A stretch of 64,000 nucleotides of DNA, taken from the NCBI GenBank assembly GCA_963695075.1, contig CAVOFR010000007.1, forward strand, positions 1,680,904-1,744,903, in the 5' to 3' direction. Both the position numbers and the translations under genes were made by a program. The notes under the pieces were generated by a model. The model was given only the letters and a program-made list of their open reading frames with translations, was not told the DNA's origin and made no database searches. Position 1 is the stretch's first letter. Every line of letters starts with the position of its first letter. Shown here piece by piece: positions 61,871-64,000 of this stretch. Origin of the DNA: an uncultured Acidimicrobiales bacterium. Lineage in GTDB: Bacteria; Actinomycetota; Acidimicrobiia; Acidimicrobiales; CAWCAL01.

Positions 61871-63478
61871 ATGCTCGGTGCGCAGGACCTCACGGTCGAG
61901 ATCGGCGGAATGACGGTGGTGGCCAACGCCTCGTTCAGGGTCGCGGTCGGCGACAAGGTGGGTCTGGTGGGCCGGAACGGGGCCGGCAAGACGACGCTCT
62001 TCCGGGTGCTCGGCGGTGCGGCCGAACCGACCACCGGCTCGGTAACTCGGACCGGTGCGGTCGGATACCTCTCCCAGGATCCCCGGGTGGATGCGGTGGA
62101 CCCGTCGACGAGCTGTCTGGCCCACGTCCTGTCCGGACGGGGGCTGGCCGAGGCCGAGGTGCATCTGGAGAAGCTCAGGCTCCGAATGGAGGAGAACCCC
62201 TCCGACAAGAACGTCGGACGCTTCACGCGGGCCCAGGAGCGATTCGAGATCGAAGGTGGATACGCGGCCACTTCCGAGGTCCGTCGATTGGCCGCCGGCC
62301 TGGGGCTGGGGGCCGACCGCCTCGACCTGCCGCTCAGCGTGCTGTCGGGAGGCGAGCGCCGTCGCGTCGAGCTCGCCCGGATCCTGTTCGCCGGCAGCCA
62401 TCTCCTCCTCCTCGACGAACCGACCAATCACCTCGACAACGACGCCAAGACCTGGCTGATGTCGTTCCTCCGTTCCTACAGCGGTGCGCTGCTGGTGATC
62501 AGCCACGATCTGGATCTCCTCGACGAGTCGATCACGCGGGTGCTCCATCTGGAGCGGGAGGAGGAGGCGTCGGTCGGCAAGATCGTCGAGTACAAGGGCA
62601 CCTACTCGGAATACCTCGTCGAACGGGAGTTGGACGAGGCCCGCCAGGTCAAGATCGCCGCCCGCCAGAAGGGGGAGATCGACCGGTTGTCAAAACTGGC
62701 CGATTCGATGCGCGGATCGACCGAGAAGCGGGCTCGCAAGGCCAAGGTCCTCGACAAGCGGGTGGGACGACTGGAGGCGAATCTGATCGATGCCCCGCTG
62801 CGGCAGCGGCTGCTCGATCTCGACCTGCCCGATCCGCCGCACTGCGGCAAGACCGTGCTCGACGTGAGCGATCTCGCGCTCTCGTACGGCCCGCTCGACG
62901 TGTTCGAGGACATCTCGTTCTCTCTGGCTCGCGGCGAACGGCTGCTCATCCTGGGCCTCAACGGCGCAGGCAAGACCAGCCTGCTCCGCTGCATCGCAGG
63001 TCTGGTGGAGCCGGCCCTGGGAGAGGTCGATCTCGGCTATCAGGTCTCCCTGGGGTACTATGCCCAGGAGCACGAGGGGATCGAAACCGGTCGCTCGCTC
63101 TTCGACCACCTGCACGGGTCGGGCGATCTCGACGACCGGCAGGTCCGCGGCCTCCTCGGGATGTTCGGGCTACGGGGCGACAAGGTGTTCCAGGACGCGA
63201 GCACCCTCTCGGGTGGAGAGAAGACGAAGCTCGCGCTCGCCCAACTCGTGGCCGGGAACCACAACCTGCTGATGCTCGACGAGCCGTCGAACAACCTCGA
63301 CCCGCCGTCGCGCACGGCCACGGCCACGGCCCTGGCCGGATGGAAGGGCTCGATGATGCTGGTCAGCCACGACCGTGCGTTCGTCCAGGCCCTCGCTCCC
63401 GACCGGGTTCTGATGATGCCCGACGGGACCCTGGACTACTGGTCCGAGGAGATGCTCGATCTGGTGATCCTGGCATGA
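61871..63478 (+). CDS. ABC-F family ATPase (two ABC cassettes, no transmembrane domain)
   Basis: Walker A motifs GRNGAGKTT and GLNGAGKTS. Signature motifs LSGGERRR and LSGGEKTK. Walker B motifs LLLDEPTNHLD and LMLDEPSNNLD. A charged inter-domain linker is present. Confidence 0.92.
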   Translation: MLGAQDLTVEIGGMTVVANASFRVAVGDKVGLVGRNGAGKTTLFRVLGGAAEPTTGSVTRTGAVGYLSQDPRVDAVDPSTSCLAHVLSGRGLAEAEVHLEKLRLRMEENPSDKNVGRFTRAQERFEIEGGYAATSEVRRLAAGLGLGADRLDLPLSVLSGGERRRVELARILFAGSHLLLLDEPTNHLDNDAKTWLMSFLRSYSGALLVISHDLDLLDESITRVLHLEREEEASVGKIVEYKGTYSEYLVERELDEARQVKIAARQKGEIDRLSKLADSMRGSTEKRARKAKVLDKRVGRLEANLIDAPLRQRLLDLDLPDPPHCGKTVLDVSDLALSYGPLDVFEDISFSLARGERLLILGLNGAGKTSLLRCIAGLVEPALGEVDLGYQVSLGYYAQEHEGIETGRSLFDHLHGSGDLDDRQVRGLLGMFGLRGDKVFQDASTLSGGEKTKLALAQLVAGNHNLLMLDEPSNNLDPPSRTATATALAGWKGSMMLVSHDRAFVQALAPDRVLMMPDGTLDYWSEEMLDLVILA

Positions 63479-63567
63479 CCGGGGACGCCTTCACCTGGGT
63501 TGGCGGCGAGGGATTCAGCTATGTTGGCGCCGTCATACACCAAGGCGGGGGTCTTGAGGTAGAGACC

Positions 63568-64000
63568 ATGCGCGCACCGGTCGGAACACGGTGGTTGCAG
63601 AACCTGATGCTCGTGGCGGGGGCCGCGGTGATCCTGGCCGCGGCGTGTACACCGCCGCCCTATCCAACCGAGGATCGGATCGACCTGTGGACCGAGTCCT
63701 TCGAGCGGGTCACCGTTCCAACGCCCGTCGGGCCGTTCGCGCAGTTCAGCGGGACGATCGAGAACTCGGCCGACTCCTCCAGCATCGATCTCTCCTGGAT
63801 CGGATCCCAGGCGTTCGTGAACTACACATGGGAGTTCTGGTGCACCGGTCCCCAGGTCGCGACCGACGAAGGACTGGCCTGCCCGGCCGCGGGGACCTAT
63901 GTCCGAACCGAGGATCGGTACTCGTTCCCGTGGGGTCAGCAACAGTGGGTGTTGGAGGACGTCCTGGGCACCCTGACCACGTCCGGGCCCGGCGGTGCGG
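63568..64000 (+). CDS. putative lipoprotein (5-prime partial, runs off the window end)
   Basis: ATG preceded by GAGGT. Signal peptide MRAPVGTRWLQNLMLVAGAAVILAAAC carries a lipobox. The frame stays open to the window end. It is absent from the ORF track because no stop is reached. Confidence 0.5.
   Translation, partial: MRAPVGTRWLQNLMLVAGAAVILAAACTPPPYPTEDRIDLWTESFERVTVPTPVGPFAQFSGTIENSADSSSIDLSWIGSQAFVNYTWEFWCTGPQVATDEGLACPAAGTYVRTEDRYSFPWGQQQWVLEDVLGTLTTSGPGGA

Noticed and set aside
1-64000. Search by eye for rRNA, tRNA, tmRNA, RNase P, CRISPR arrays, prophage, integrase/recombinase, toxin-antitoxin or known defence-system genes.
   Set aside because: No spaced direct-repeat array, no cloverleaf-compatible sequences and no phage, integrase, nuclease or helicase-type ORFs were recognised. 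The only mobile-element traces are the MITE-like repeats and the truncated OrfA.

Overview
High-GC, Actinomycetota-like chromosomal segment, densely coding, with about 62 supported protein genes. I recognised no rRNA, tRNA or CRISPR array. Redox and CoA-thioester catabolic genes dominate.

Main blocks, in order:
- 1.0-6.5 kb: SDR, phosphotransferase and FAD-oxidoreductase genes.
- 7.5-24.8 kb: an 18-kb, 13-gene operon with almost no intergenic space. It holds two AMP-forming ligases, four luciferase-like (LLM) oxidoreductases, an acyl-CoA dehydrogenase (ACAD) pair, an OYE/Fe-S/FAD reductase, an amidohydrolase, a double hot-dog hydratase, a fused double family-III CoA-transferase and an SDR.
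- 25-34 kb: SnoaL, SDR and epimerase genes, then a carotenoid-oxygenase / serine-hydrolase / ADH operon.
- 34-43 kb: a signalling block with a CHASE-PAS kinase, a CheY-like receiver, a LuxR-type regulator, a hybrid kinase, and a transmembrane / kinase-like / flippase-like fusion.
- 43-52 kb: two P450s, ald, a quinone oxidoreductase, a GNAT, a cNMP-binding GNAT (mycobacterial Pat-like) and an amidohydrolase.
- 52-56 kb: a gnd-zwf-pgl-yceI operon.
- 56-64 kb: an HExxH membrane protein, a frameshifted LLM pseudogene, two cupredoxin genes, an F420-type LLM, an ABC-F ATPase and a partial lipoprotein.

The observations most worth a second look:
1. Two inverted copies of a ~240-290 bp MITE-like repeat, plus an IS remnant, bracket the 18-kb operon.
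2. An AT-rich inverted-repeat box (CTTAGT-N3-ACTAAG-like) recurs in five promoter-containing intergenic regions. No cognate regulator is encoded in the window.
3. The operon's four LLM genes form nested paralog pairs.

All functional calls rest on motif recognition by eye. No database search was possible.
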